Below the pieces are notes generated by a model. That model did no database searches, had not been told where the DNA came from, and was given only the letters and a program-made list of their open reading frames with translations. Below are positions 29,273-40,094 of a stretch of DNA of 64,000 bases, piece by piece. How positions within the stretch are numbered: position 1 is the first letter of the stretch; the number at the start of each line of letters is the position of its first letter. The position numbers and the translations under genes were made by a program. Origin of the DNA: an uncultured Acidimicrobiales bacterium (GTDB lineage: Bacteria; Actinomycetota; Acidimicrobiia; Acidimicrobiales; VFJN01); the NCBI GenBank assembly GCA_963759225.1, contig CAVWYL010000005.1, positions 7,912 to 71,911 on the forward strand, given 5' to 3'.

Positions 29273-32200
29273 GGACCCCGGACCGGGGCGACGTACGGGC
29301 GGGTCGGGTCGGCGCCCTGGAGCTGCCAGACCTCGTGGCCGTCGGTGCCGAACACCAGGAACTGGTCGGGGCCGGGGTCCTTGGTGTCGCCGCGGTGGAG
29401 GATGTACGCCAGCTGGTCGGCGCCGTCCGCCAGGTCGACCCGGAACGTGACGCCGAACGTGTCGGTCGCCACCGGGCGCAGCGGGTCGGTCCACACCGTC
29501 TCGGTGGCCGCGCCGGTCCAGACGTGCAGGCCCCAGAAGTCGGCGAAGTCGGCGCTCGTCGGGTCGCCGTAGTCGCCGGCCGGGCGCCGGTAGTGGATCG
29601 TGGCGTAGCCCTCCGCCGCGCCGCGGGACGGGTGCGCGACCTGCTCGCCCGCCTGCAGCCACGCCACCGGCGTGTCGGTGGGCGTGAACGCCACGCCGTC
29701 GACGGTGGCGGTGCCGCCGGCCCGGACCGTCACCGTCAGGGGCGCCGCCAGGTCCGGCGGGGTCACCGCGAACACGGCGCCGTAGTCGTCCACCGCGTCG
29801 GGCGCCGCCCCCGTCACCACCGGGCCCCCGGGTCCGGACGCGTCGAGCGTGACCCCGGTGCAGTCGTCGCAGGCGTAGCGGACCGTGGCGTGGCCCTCGG
29901 CCTCGGCCTGCGACGTGTAGATGGTCGGGTCGCCCTGGCGCAGCCAGATCTCCGGCGTCGCCGCCGGGTCGAAGGCCCGGTCCGGGCTGTTGTCCGGATC
30001 CTTGGTGTCGCCCCGGTGGACGATGAAGTTCACCGGGGCGTCGTCGCGGGCCAGCTCGACGAACGCGAACCGCCCGTAGCCGTCCTCGCCGAGGAACGGC
30101 TTCGGCGCCGTCCAGTCCGTGGTCTCCGCCGGGGCGATGGCGTCGCCCCACAGGTGCAGGCCCCAGAAGTCGGCCGAGCTGCCCGTGGTGTGGTCGCCGT
30201 AGTCGCCCGCCGGCCGCTGGTAGTGGATCACCGCGTACGGCGTGCCGGGCGCCGTGGGCTCGGCGATCTCGACGCCGACGCCCACGACCTCGTCGGCGGC
30301 CAGGTGGCCGGACAGGTCGTTGACGATGGCCCGGAACGACACCCGGGCGTCGGGCTGGCCGGCCACGGCGCCGGCGTCCCAGAACACCCGGTACGGCGGG
30401 TTGTCGTCGGTGCCGATCGGGACGTAGTCGCCGTCGCCCACCCGGACCGCGAACGTCACCTCGGCCAGCTGGTCGGCGCCGAGGTCGGCGGCGACCTCGA
30501 CCCGGTCGAGGACCTGGTGGCCGTCCATCGACGTGGTGCCGAGCACGGCGGTGTCGCCGTGCTCGAGGCTCGTGATGTCGACGGTGGGTGCGGCGTCGCT
30601 GGCCGGCACCGCCTCCTTGGCCTTGTAGACGGCGAAGCCGAGCGCCGGCACCGTCACCGGCAGGGCGCCGCCCGGCCCGGTGGTGAGGGTCTGGGCCAGC
30701 TGGTCGCCGGTCTCCGGCTGCTTCGACACCAGGCGGTAGGCCACGCCCTCGGGCGAGTACGTCGGCACGTCCGCGGTGGCGGGCGCCTCGCTGTTGTTGA
30801 GCGCCACCACGTACTCGACCCGCTCGTCCCGGTCGACGCGGGAGAAGGCGTAGACGCCCGGCCCGTCGCTGCCGACGCGGTGGATCTGGGCCCCGGTCCG
30901 CAGCGCCGGGTGCCGCTCCGACAGGTTCGCCAGCTGGGTGATCGTCCGGTACAGCGGGTGCTGGCGGTCGAAGTTGTCGTCCGACGTGGTGGCGTCGGTG
31001 CCGATGAGGTCGTTGTCCTCGTAGACCGGCACCTCGTTGGCGAACATGTCCTCGCGGGCGTCCTTGTCGCCCCCGTCGCCCGTGAACCCCTGCTCGTCGC
31101 CGTAGTAGACGACGGGCTGGCCCCGGGCGAAGAACATCAGGGCGTGGGCCAGCTGCGACCGGGCCAGCAGCTCGGGGTCGCCGGCCCCGGCCTGGTCGAC
31201 CCGCTGCAGGAAGTAGCCGACCCGGCCCATGTCGTGGTTCCCGAGGAACGTCGGCATGGCGTACGCGTTGCTGTCGGCGTCGGTGTACCAGTCGTCGGTG
31301 GCGAAGAAGTCCCGCAGGCCGTTCGTGGCCGCGCCCTGGGAGGCGAAGCCCCGGGCCGCGAGCTGGAACCCGAAGTCGATGGTGGCCTGGAGCTGCCCCC
31401 GGGTCGAGAACTCGCTCATGAACGGGCGAGCCGAACTGCTGGTCGAACACCTCGCCGAAGGCGAAGAACTCGTCGATGCCCCGCGCCTCGGCCGCGGCCA
31501 GGATGTCGGGCCCGAAGCTCTGCCAGAACTCCATGTTCACGTGCTTGGTCGTGTCGATGCGGAAGCCGTCGACCCCGAACTCCTCGATCCAGAACGAGTA
31601 GATGTCGACCATGCCCTCGACGACCTCGCGGCGCTCGGTCCACAGGTCGTCGAGGCCGAAGAAGTCGCCGTAGAGCGAGTTCTCGCCGGAGAAGCTGGTG
31701 TTGCCCCGGTTGTGGTAGAGCAGCGGGTCGTTGAGCCACGCCGGGTTCTTGACGGCCTCCTCGCCGGCCGGCACCACGGGCGTGTACGGGAACGACGACG
31801 CGTCGACCTCGGGGAACTGGTAGTCCGGCTGGCCCGAGTAGGCGAGCGGGGAGTCGTCGAACGGCTGCCCGGACGTGTCGGTGTACGGGAAGTTCGTCTT
31901 GTCGCGGTAGCCGGCGTGGCCCTCGAGCTGGATCACGTCCGCGGTGTGGTTGGTGACGATGTCCATGAACACCTTGATGCCGCGGCCGTGGGCGGCGTCC
32001 ACCAGCTGCGCGAACTCCTCGTTGGTGCCGAGGTGGGGGTCGACCCGCAGGAAGTCCTGGATCCAGTAGCCGTGGTAGCCGGACGAGTGGCCGTAGAGGT
32101 TGGTGGTGTCGGGCTGGACGCTCTTGTTGGCGTAGATCGGGCCGACCCACACCGCGCTCGATGCCGAGGCGGTCGAGGTAGGGGAGCTGGCGCCGGAGGC

Positions 32201-33128
32201 CGTCGAGGTCGCCGCCGTGGTAGTAGCCCTTGTCGCTCGGCAGGTAGCCGTGGGTGAGGACGTTGGCCTGGGTGTCGCCGGCCACGCACACGCCGGCGAA
32301 GTCGCCGCAGTCGTTGGCGGTGTCGCCGTTGGCGAACCGGTCGGGGATGGCGAAGTAGAGGACCTCGTCCACGAACGGGTGGCGCACCGGGTCGCGCACG
32401 AGGGCGGCGTCGTCGACCGGCTCCGCCGGGACCACGCCGATCTCAGCACGTGGGTGACGTGGTCGTAGCTGAACGTCACGACGTCGCCCGCGCCGGTCAC
32501 GGTGAAGGGGATGTCGGCGCCGTCCCGCACGCCGCCCGCCCCGTAGTTCTCGTCCCAGGCCTGGTCGATCGCGACCTTGGCCGCGTAGTCGCCCGGCGGC
32601 AGCGCGTCGGTGGAGAAGCGGCCGATGCCGTCGCCGTCGGCGTCCTGCAGCCAGGACCGCAGGCACGCCGGGTCCCAGTCGGCCGGGCAGCCGAGCTCGC
32701 TCTGGAAGCTGCCGGGCACGGACGCGATGACCGAGGTCGTGTCGTCGGTGACCCAGTGCGTCCGGCCGTCGTAGAGGAACGTGACCGTGGCGGGGGCCGG
32801 CAGGTCGATCACGATGTTGGGCCCGTCCCGCACGGCGCCGGCGCCGTAGTTCTCGTCCCACGTGCCGTCGAGGGCGGCCTTGTACTCCCAGGTGCCGGCG
32901 GGCAGGGCGAAGCTCGCCTGCCACACGCCGTCGTCGGCGCCGGCCGTGAGCTGGGTGGCGGCACAGTCGGGCTGCCAGTCGCCGGGGCAGCCCAGCTCCT
33001 GCTGGAAGCTGCCGGCGACGGTGACCGACGCAGCCTGCGCGCCCGCGCCGGGCACCGGCCCGGGGGCGACCGGCGGCGGTCGCCACCAATCCGAGGACCG
33101 CGGCGACGATGACCGTTCTGCGCCTCAT
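29269..33128 (-). CDS. secreted multidomain GH13 alpha-amylase/pullulanase (about 4 frameshifts)
   Basis: Signal peptide MRRRTVIVAAVLGLV; two GSFQ.ELGC..DW.P.C modules; GH13 regions DIVTNH, GFRIDTTKH, GEVFD, FLGNHD; two CBM41-like IHY.RP.GDY..WGLH.W repeats. Confidence 0.9.
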
Positions 33129-33329
33129 GAGACTTCCCCCCGGATCTGTGCCGGTCGACGAGGCAAGCTTAGGGAAAGGCGCGTGGCGCCTGTCACAGAA
33201 GCCTGAACCTGACCTAGCGATCGGGTCGTTGCTCACACAATCGGCGTTCGTTTGTGTCGCAATCCGGGACGTGAACGCCGATGAACGCCGGAAGGCTGCC
33301 GTGGGTCCTCGACAGCACCGGCCCGACCC

Positions 33330-33518
33330 CTAGTTGAGGATGATGAAGTTGAGCAGCACCGTGAGCGGCGAGTCCCAGGAGATGTCGAACCGCACGATCA
33401 CGTTGCCGTCGGCGGTCGGGACGACGTTGTAGACGGCCAGCCGGGCGTCGCCGAGGAACGGGTTGCCGTCGGCGTCCAGCTCGGCCATCGACACCGCGAC
33501 CTGGCTCTGCATGTTCAC
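33330..33518 (-). CDS. small hypothetical protein (5' end probably damaged)
   Basis: Clean GC3-rich codons: SQVAVSMAELD..GNPFLGDARLAVYNVVP..G.VIVRFDISWDSPL. Confidence 0.5.
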   Translation of the reverse strand: MNMQSQVAVSMAELDADGNPFLGDARLAVYNVVPTADGNVIVRFDISWDSPLTVLLNFIILN

Positions 33519-33664
33519 GACCGTGCTGCACCCGCAGGGTCAGCGCATGTCAGGGCGCTGGGCGGGCCGGAGATGAGATGGTGACGCCGCACGGGCCCCG
33601 GAGGTCATGCCCCGGGTCGACAGGTGGGCCGGGCCGTGCTCGGGCGGGAGATCGAGGACGACGA

Positions 33665-33977
33665 ATGAGCGACGAGATCTGCGACGTCGACATCACCGCG
33701 CCGGACGCCATTGGCTCATCGCAGCCGCCGGCGCCTGCTGGACGATCCTCGGCCGCCGGCGGGACCATCGTCGGTCGTTCGGACCATCTACCGATGGCAG
33801 GGCGAGGTGCGGGAAACGTTCGAGGCCCGTGCGACGCTGCACACCCGCCGGTCGCTCGTGCCCGGGATCGTGCAGCGCGTCGCAGCCGAGCACCCGTACG
33901 ACGTGCCGGGGGTGCGGGTCACCGCAGTCGAGGCGTCCGCTTCCTACGTGCGGTGGGTCCTCGACACACCACCCTGA
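33665..33977 (+). pseudogene. cutA: CutA divalent-cation tolerance protein, frameshifted or degraded
   Basis: MSDEICDVDITAPD start; IYRWQGEV...E, HPYDVP, Y.RWV motifs in another frame. Confidence 0.75.
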
Positions 33978-34018
33978 GCTGGTTCCGAGAGCGCCGGTGA
34001 TACCGGGGAGGCCGGGTG

Positions 34019-34978
34019 TCACTCCTCGGGGTCGCCGGCGTCGACGGCGCCGGCGGCCTCGTCGCGGGCGGCCCACTCCAGCAGCCCGTCGATGGCGAAC
34101 ACGGCCCCGTCGATGCCGGCGTGGAGGTCGCCGAGCTCGGCGAACCGGGCCGGGACGGTCGCCATCGTGCAGTCGCCGGGCTCCACGGTGTCGACCTCGT
34201 CCCAGGTGATCGGCGTCGACACGGTCGCCTGCGGGACGCCCCGCACCGAGTAGGCGGCCGCCATCGTGTGGTCCCGGGCGTTCTGGTTGTAGTCGACGAA
34301 CAGCGCCGCCGGGTCCCGGTCCTTGCGCCACCACGTGGTCGTGACGAGATCGGGGGCGCGGCGCTCGACCTCCCGGGCGAAGGCGAGGGCGGCCCGCCGG
34401 ACGTCGGTGAAGCCATGGGCCGGCTCGATGCGGACGTAGACGTGCAGCCCCCGGCCGCCCGACGTCTTGGGCCAGCCCACCGCCCCGATCTCGTCGAGCA
34501 CCTCGCGCACCACGCCGGCGACCCGGCGCACGGTGGCGGGCGGGCACTCCGGCATCGGGTCGAGGTCGATCCGCCACTCGTCGGGCCGCTCGGTGTCGGC
34601 GCGCCGCGAGTTCCAGGGGTGGAACTCGACCGTCGACATCTGCACCGCCCAGATCACCTGGGCCAGCTCGGTGACGCACAGCTCGTCGGCGTGCTGGCCG
34701 AAGCGGGGGAAGTGGAGGCGCACCGTCTCCAGCCACGGTGGCGCGCCGCCGGGCACCCGCTTCTGGTGGACCTTCTCGCCGCTCAGCCCCTTGGGGAAGC
34801 GGTGCATCATGCACGGCCGCTCGCGCAGGGCGTTGACGATCCCGGGCCCGACGGCCAGGTAGTACTCGACCAGGTCGAGCTTCGTCGCCCCGGTGGCCGG
34901 GAAGTACACGCGGTCCGGGTTGGAGATCCGCACCGTGCGCTCGCCCACCTGGATCTCGGTCGCGGGAGCCTTCGCCAC
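34019..34978 (-). CDS. stand-alone LigD-type primase-polymerase (Prim-PolC-like)
   Basis: SNPDRVYFP, TKLDLVEYY, RIDLDP (DxD), KTSGGRGLH, DYNQNARD, SVR...ATVSTPITW. Confidence 0.9.
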   Translation of the reverse strand: MAKAPATEIQVGERTVRISNPDRVYFPATGATKLDLVEYYLAVGPGIVNALRERPCMMHRFPKGLSGEKVHQKRVPGGAPPWLETVRLHFPRFGQHADELCVTELAQVIWAVQMSTVEFHPWNSRRADTERPDEWRIDLDPMPECPPATVRRVAGVVREVLDEIGAVGWPKTSGGRGLHVYVRIEPAHGFTDVRRAALAFAREVERRAPDLVTTTWWRKDRDPAALFVDYNQNARDHTMAAAYSVRGVPQATVSTPITWDEVDTVEPGDCTMATVPARFAELGDLHAGIDGAVFAIDGLLEWAARDEAAGAVDAGDPEE

Positions 34979-35097
34979 GCCCCGACGGTAGCGAGGCGGG
35001 ACCCGCCCGCGCGTGGGCCGCGGCCAACGGGGCGACGGCGCCGATGTAATTTGCGGCTCGTTCCGCGACAGTCGCGGGCCGCCGGCGGAAGCGGAGG

Positions 35098-36347
35098 ATG
35101 ACAACAAGATGGTTATTCCATTCAGCGCGCCGAAGTGGCGTGCTGTGGGGCTGGGCGTCGATCGGCCTGGTCGTCCTGGCCGGCTGCAATCTCGGGGTCA
35201 ATCCGGTGACCTACGAGCTGAGAAACGCCGAAGACTTCAACGCGCCGCTCGACGCCACCGGCATGGCATCGGGCGACGTCGACGGCGACGGCGACGTCGA
35301 CGTCGTCGCCTCCGGCGCCGGGAGCATCGCGGTGCTCACGAACGACGGGACGGGCACGTTCACGCTCGACTTCCCCGACACGCCTGCGCGTGCCCACGTC
35401 GTCGCCGGCGCTGGCGGATGTCGACGGCGACGACGACCTGGACGTCGTGGCCCTGGTCCGCTCGCTCAGCGGGCAGGGTCAGATCCCGTCGGTGCGACGC
35501 AACGACGGCAGCGGCGGCTTCGGGCCGATCGAGGCCGTGCTGCCGGACCCGCCGCCCGGCGAGCTGACCGACCTCGTCGCCGAGGACGCCGACGGCGACG
35601 GCGACGCCGACCTGCTGGCCGCCGCCCGGGTCGGCCTCGACCGCCACGTCGGCGTGTACCTCAACGACGGGACCGGTGCCTTCGGCGCGCCGGCCACCCA
35701 CTCCCTCGCCTATACGTCGAACGTGGCCACGCCGCCCCGCCTCGTCGCCGGCGACCTCGACGGCGACGACGACATCGACGTCGTGGCCACCGACGTGGGC
35801 GACTTCACGACGCCGGGGGGCGAGGTCGTGGACGGCACCGTCGCCATGGTCGGCCTCAACGACGGCACCGGGGCGTTCGCGGCGGCCGGCGGCCCGATCG
35901 AGGTCGGCTTCGACGGCGACTTCTTCGCCCTCGAACCGACGCTGGCCGACGTCGACGACGACGGGAGCCTCGACCTCGCCGTGGGCGGAGCGAACTTCAC
36001 CACGCTGCCGGGCGACGGCGCCGGCGGCTTCGGGCCCCCGGTGCGCAGCGAGTTCATGCGGCCGACAGGACGACCAGGTGGTGGCGGCCGACATCGACGG
36101 CGACGGGAACCTCGACCTGGTCGGGCTCGAGTCCGACCCGGCGACGGGCGTCGTCGGCTACGGCGACGGCACCGGCAGCGTCGAGGAGGTCCACCAGGTC
36201 GGCAGCGGCGCCGGCGCCCGCGACACGGGCTCCATCGGCCGCGGGGTCGAGATCGCCGACTTCGACGGCGACGGCGACCCCGACATCGTGTTCCTCGGCA
36301 GGACCCTCGGCTACCTCCAGAACGCCGAAGGCCGGCCGGACCACTGA
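35098..36347 (+). CDS. FG-GAP/VCBS-repeat lipoprotein (frameshifts near 35383 and 36066)
   Basis: Lipobox LAGC; seven D.DGDG..D Ca-binding repeats, most followed by NDG.G.F or GDG.G motifs. Confidence 0.85.
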
Positions 36348-36361
36348 CCCCCGGAGTCAGC

Positions 36362-36396
36362 GCCCTGCACCGCGGACGACCGCCGCGGTGCAGGGC
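36362..36396. terminator. perfect 14-bp hairpin between convergent genes
   Basis: GCCCTGCACCGCGG-N7-CCGCGGTGCAGGGC. Confidence 0.7.
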
Positions 36397-36572
36397 AGCT
36401 ACTCCCTCCGGCGTACCGGCGCCCACTGCGGTTGCTCCGCCACGCGGTCTGTGGTGGTGGACGATCCGCCGCCCGTGTACGCCCACTGTGCCGTGCTGGC
36501 GATCGCGACCGCGCTGTCCGTCGTGAAGCCCCGGGCCCGCACACCGTTGTAGGCCGTCGCTTGACCCCGGGC

Positions 36573-37523
36573 TCAGCGCCCTGCGACGCGGATGGCCACC
36601 GCGGTGTAGGGCGTGTCCGGCGTGGGCTCGACGGTGAACCGGGCGTTGGGCAGGTACAGCCGGGGGCCGAACTTGGCGGCCGTGGTCGGCGTGTCGAAGC
36701 GGGGGTCGGTGAGCCGCTCGACCACCGTGCCACTGGTCCCGTGCCGGTCGAGCCGCACGACGGCGACCTGGTTGAGCTGGTTCTGGACGACGTAGAGGGT
36801 GCGACCGTCGAGCAGCAGCCCGTCCCCGTTGGGCACCAGCTCGCCGCCCAGGTCGACCGCGGTGGTCACCCCGGTGGCGGGGTCGACGTGGAACAGCAGC
36901 CCGGTGTTCGTCTGCACGATCAGGAGGCCGGTGCCGTCCGGGGTGCGTTCGATGCCGTTGACGTTGAAGCCCGGGCCGACGACCAGGTCGCCGGTCAGCG
37001 GCAGGGCCTCGACGTCGCCGGGGTCGGGGAGGCGGCCGTGGCGGCCGAGGGGGACCTTGTACAGGACCGCGTTGAACGAGTCCGTGAACCAGGCGGCGTC
37101 CGGGGTGAGGACCACGTCGTTGATGAAGGTGGGCGCCGTGGCCAGCGGGTAGGTGGCCAGGACCTCGCCGGTCCGGGCGCTGACGACCCGGGCGTCGCCG
37201 GCGGGCCCGCCGGCCACGAACAGGCGTCCCTGCCGGTCGATCTTGAGCCCGACCGACGGCGTGCCCGGCCCCTCGCTGACGATCCGGCCCTCGCCGGTCA
37301 CGAGGTCGGCCCGGTAGATCGACCCGTCGGCCAGCGACCCGAAGTACGCCTCCGGGCGCGAGCCGATGGCGATCCCCTCGGGCTGGAAGCCGGCGGGCAG
37401 GTCGATCGTCGTCGGGAAGGCGCCGGGCCGGTCGGCGGGCGCCGCCCCGGCCGCGCCGGCGGGCACGGACAGGGCCGCCAGGGCGACCACGAGCACCGGG
37501 AGCAGGCGGCGGTTGCGCAGCAT
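36573..37523 (-). CDS. secreted SMP-30/gluconolactonase-like beta-propeller protein
   Basis: Signal peptide; FQPEGIA, FINDVV, WFTDS, NGIE, GDGLLL, PTT motifs. Confidence 0.8.
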   Translation of the reverse strand: MLRNRRLLPVLVVALAALSVPAGAAGAAPADRPGAFPTTIDLPAGFQPEGIAIGSRPEAYFGSLADGSIYRADLVTGEGRIVSEGPGTPSVGLKIDRQGRLFVAGGPAGDARVVSARTGEVLATYPLATAPTFINDVVLTPDAAWFTDSFNAVLYKVPLGRHGRLPDPGDVEALPLTGDLVVGPGFNVNGIERTPDGTGLLIVQTNTGLLFHVDPATGVTTAVDLGGELVPNGDGLLLDGRTLYVVQNQLNQVAVVRLDRHGTSGTVVERLTDPRFDTPTTAAKFGPRLYLPNARFTVEPTPDTPYTAVAIRVAGR

Positions 37524-37630
37524 CGTCACAGGTACCCCCTCGTGTTCCCGCCGTCCCGACACCTACCCGGCGGCGGGCCGCCCGACACCGCCGGGGGCAC
37601 CCCGCGGCGCGCTCTACGCTGGCGCCGGCC

Positions 37631-40075
37631 ATGACGTACAGCCTGGGGATCGATCTCGGCACCACCTACACCGCGGCGGCCATCGCCCGCGGCGGCCGCG
37701 CCGAGGTGGTCACGCTGAGCTACCGCACCACGTCGATCCCGACGGTGGTGGTGCTGACCGAGGACGGCGCGTTCGTCGTGGGCGACACGGCCGAGCGCCG
37801 CGCCACCGCCAGCCCGGAGCGCCTGGCCCGCGAGTTCAAGCGCCGCGTCGGCGACCCCACGCCCCTGCTGCTCGGGGGCACGCCCGTGTCCGTCGACCGG
37901 CTGATGGCCGAGGTGCTGGCGTTCGTCCACCGCACGGTGTCCCAGCTCGAGGGCGGCCCACCGGCGGCGACCGTGGTCACCCATCCGGCCAACTGGGGAC
38001 CGTTCAAGCGCGACGTGCTGGTGCAGGGCCTGCGGCTGGCCGGCATCGAGGACGCGACGCTGCTGCCCGAGCCGGTGGCCGCCGCCACCTGGTACGCCCG
38101 GGCCGAGCGCCTGGCGCCGGGGGCCACGGTGGCGGTCTACGACCTGGGCGGCGGCACGTTCGACACGGTCGTGCTGGAGATGGGCCACGACGGCACGTTC
38201 GCCGTGCGGGGCCAGCCCGAGGGCATCGAGCGCCTGGGCGGCGTCGACATCGACGCCGCGGTGATCGGCCACGTGCTGCGGGTCACGGGCATCGAGGCCC
38301 GGGGGATCGACCCCACCGATCCGGCCATGCTCACGGCGATGGCCCAGCTCCGGCGCGACTGCGTCGAGGCCAAGGAGGCGCTGTCCTCCGAGACGTCGGT
38401 GACGATCCCGGTGCTGCTGCCGTCGCTGCGGGACCAGGTCCTGCTGCCGCGGCGCGAGCTGGAGGAGCTGATCGGTCCGCTGCTGGCGCCGACCGTCCAC
38501 GCCGTGGCGCGGGCCGTGGCCTCCGCGGGCCTGCGCGCCGACCAGCCGGACGCCGTGCTGCTCGTCGGGGGCGCCTCCCGGACGCCGATGGTGGCCCGCG
38601 AGGTCGGCATGGCGCTCGGCCGCCCGGTGGCGATCGACGCCCACCCCAAGCACCCGGTGGCGTTGGGCGCCGCCCTGGTGGCCGAGACGCTGGCCCCGCC
38701 GGCCGGCCGCGTCCCGGCCGCCCCCCGCCTCGCCCCGCCGGCCGCGGCCGTCGCCGGTGCGGCCGCCGGCCCGGCCGTCCACCGGGCCGCGGTGGCGGCG
38801 CCACCGGCCGGCCCGGGCGCACCCCCGCCGCGCTGGGACGGACCGCCGGTGCGCACCGGGCCGCCGGGTCCGTCCGGGCCGCCGCTGCGGACCGGGCCGT
38901 CCGGCCAGTTCGGTCCCCCGGTGCGCCCGCCCCGGCCGGGGTCGACGGCCCGGGCCCGGGTGCTCGCCGGGGTGCTCGTCGTGGCGCTCGTGGTCGCCGC
39001 CGTGTTCGCCGTGCGCCGGATCACCGACGACGACCCGTCCGGCGGGGAGGCCGCCGCCACGGACGACCCCGGCACCACCGGTGCCGACCCGGAGGCCGAG
39101 CCGCCGGCCGACGCCCACCTGGCATGGACGGTCGAGCTCAGCGAGGAGACGACCGGCGCCCCGGTGACCGACGGCCAGCGCGCCTACATCGAGGACTCGA
39201 CCGGCCGCCTGACGGCCATCGACATGGCCAGCGGCACGGTGGCGTGGGCGGCCACCATCGGGTCCGAGGGCAGCAACGTGACCCCGATCCTGGCCGGCGA
39301 CGCCGTCCTGGCCAGCGCCACCGCCGAGCCCTACGCCATCCAGTCCCTCGACGCCGCCACCGGCACCCTGCGCTGGAGCGTGACCGACGAGTGGTTCTAC
39401 GAGCCGCCGGTCGTGGTGGGGGACACGGCCGTCGTGTCGAAGGGGTACGAGGCCATGGCCCTGGGCCTGGCCGACGGCGGCGAGCGGTGGCGCACCGAGT
39501 TCGAGGACAACCTGTGGACCGGGCTGGTGCCGGCCGGCGAGGTCCTGGTCGCGGGCACCAGCGGCGGGCACCTGGTGGGCCTCGATCCCGCCAGCGGCGA
39601 GGTGGTGTTCGACACGCCGATGCCGCGCGGCGACGGGACGATCTGGGACGTCGCGGTCGTCGGCGGCACCGTGCTCGTCTACGACGACGACAGCTACGTG
39701 ACCGGCGTGTCGCCGGTGACGGGCGAGATGCTGTGGTCCCTCGACGCCCAGGCGGCGTTCCCGGGCTCCATGGCGACGCTCGGCACCGACGCCGCGGTGT
39801 GGCTCGACTCGGGCGAGATCCTCGTGCTCGACCCGGCGACCGGCACCGAGCGGCGGCGGCTGCCCGGCGGCTCGACCGCGATGCTGGCCCTGCCCGGCGA
39901 GCCCGCCCGGCTGCTGGTGGCGGGCACGTCGACGCTGCGCGCCCTCGGCCCCGACGGCACCGAGCTGTGGTCGACCGAGCAGCCGCTGATGGCCCAGAAC
40001 GTGGCGGCCGGGGGCGGCGCGGTGATCGTGTCCGACTTCGAGGGCAACGTCGCCGGTTACCGCGTGGCGGCCTGA
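37631..40075 (+). CDS. Hsp70-family ATPase domain + Pro-rich linker + TM + PQQ-like beta-propeller
   Basis: GIDLGTT, EPVAAA, YDLGGGTFD, LVGGASRTP; TM VLAGVLVVALVVAAVFAV; repeated A.D..TG...W blades. Confidence 0.9.
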   Translation: MTYSLGIDLGTTYTAAAIARGGRAEVVTLSYRTTSIPTVVVLTEDGAFVVGDTAERRATASPERLAREFKRRVGDPTPLLLGGTPVSVDRLMAEVLAFVHRTVSQLEGGPPAATVVTHPANWGPFKRDVLVQGLRLAGIEDATLLPEPVAAATWYARAERLAPGATVAVYDLGGGTFDTVVLEMGHDGTFAVRGQPEGIERLGGVDIDAAVIGHVLRVTGIEARGIDPTDPAMLTAMAQLRRDCVEAKEALSSETSVTIPVLLPSLRDQVLLPRRELEELIGPLLAPTVHAVARAVASAGLRADQPDAVLLVGGASRTPMVAREVGMALGRPVAIDAHPKHPVALGAALVAETLAPPAGRVPAAPRLAPPAAAVAGAAAGPAVHRAAVAAPPAGPGAPPPRWDGPPVRTGPPGPSGPPLRTGPSGQFGPPVRPPRPGSTARARVLAGVLVVALVVAAVFAVRRITDDDPSGGEAAATDDPGTTGADPEAEPPADAHLAWTVELSEETTGAPVTDGQRAYIEDSTGRLTAIDMASGTVAWAATIGSEGSNVTPILAGDAVLASATAEPYAIQSLDAATGTLRWSVTDEWFYEPPVVVGDTAVVSKGYEAMALGLADGGERWRTEFEDNLWTGLVPAGEVLVAGTSGGHLVGLDPASGEVVFDTPMPRGDGTIWDVAVVGGTVLVYDDDSYVTGVSPVTGEMLWSLDAQAAFPGSMATLGTDAAVWLDSGEILVLDPATGTERRRLPGGSTAMLALPGEPARLLVAGTSTLRALGPDGTELWSTEQPLMAQNVAAGGGAVIVSDFEGNVAGYRVAA

Positions 40076-40094
40076 TCCCGGTAGAAACTCGGCG

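Noticed and set aside
35270-36290. Repeated GACGGCGACGGCGAC units as a possible CRISPR or DNA repeat array
   Set aside because: They are coding FG-GAP repeats (DxDGDG), with no constant repeat-spacer structure and no cas genes.
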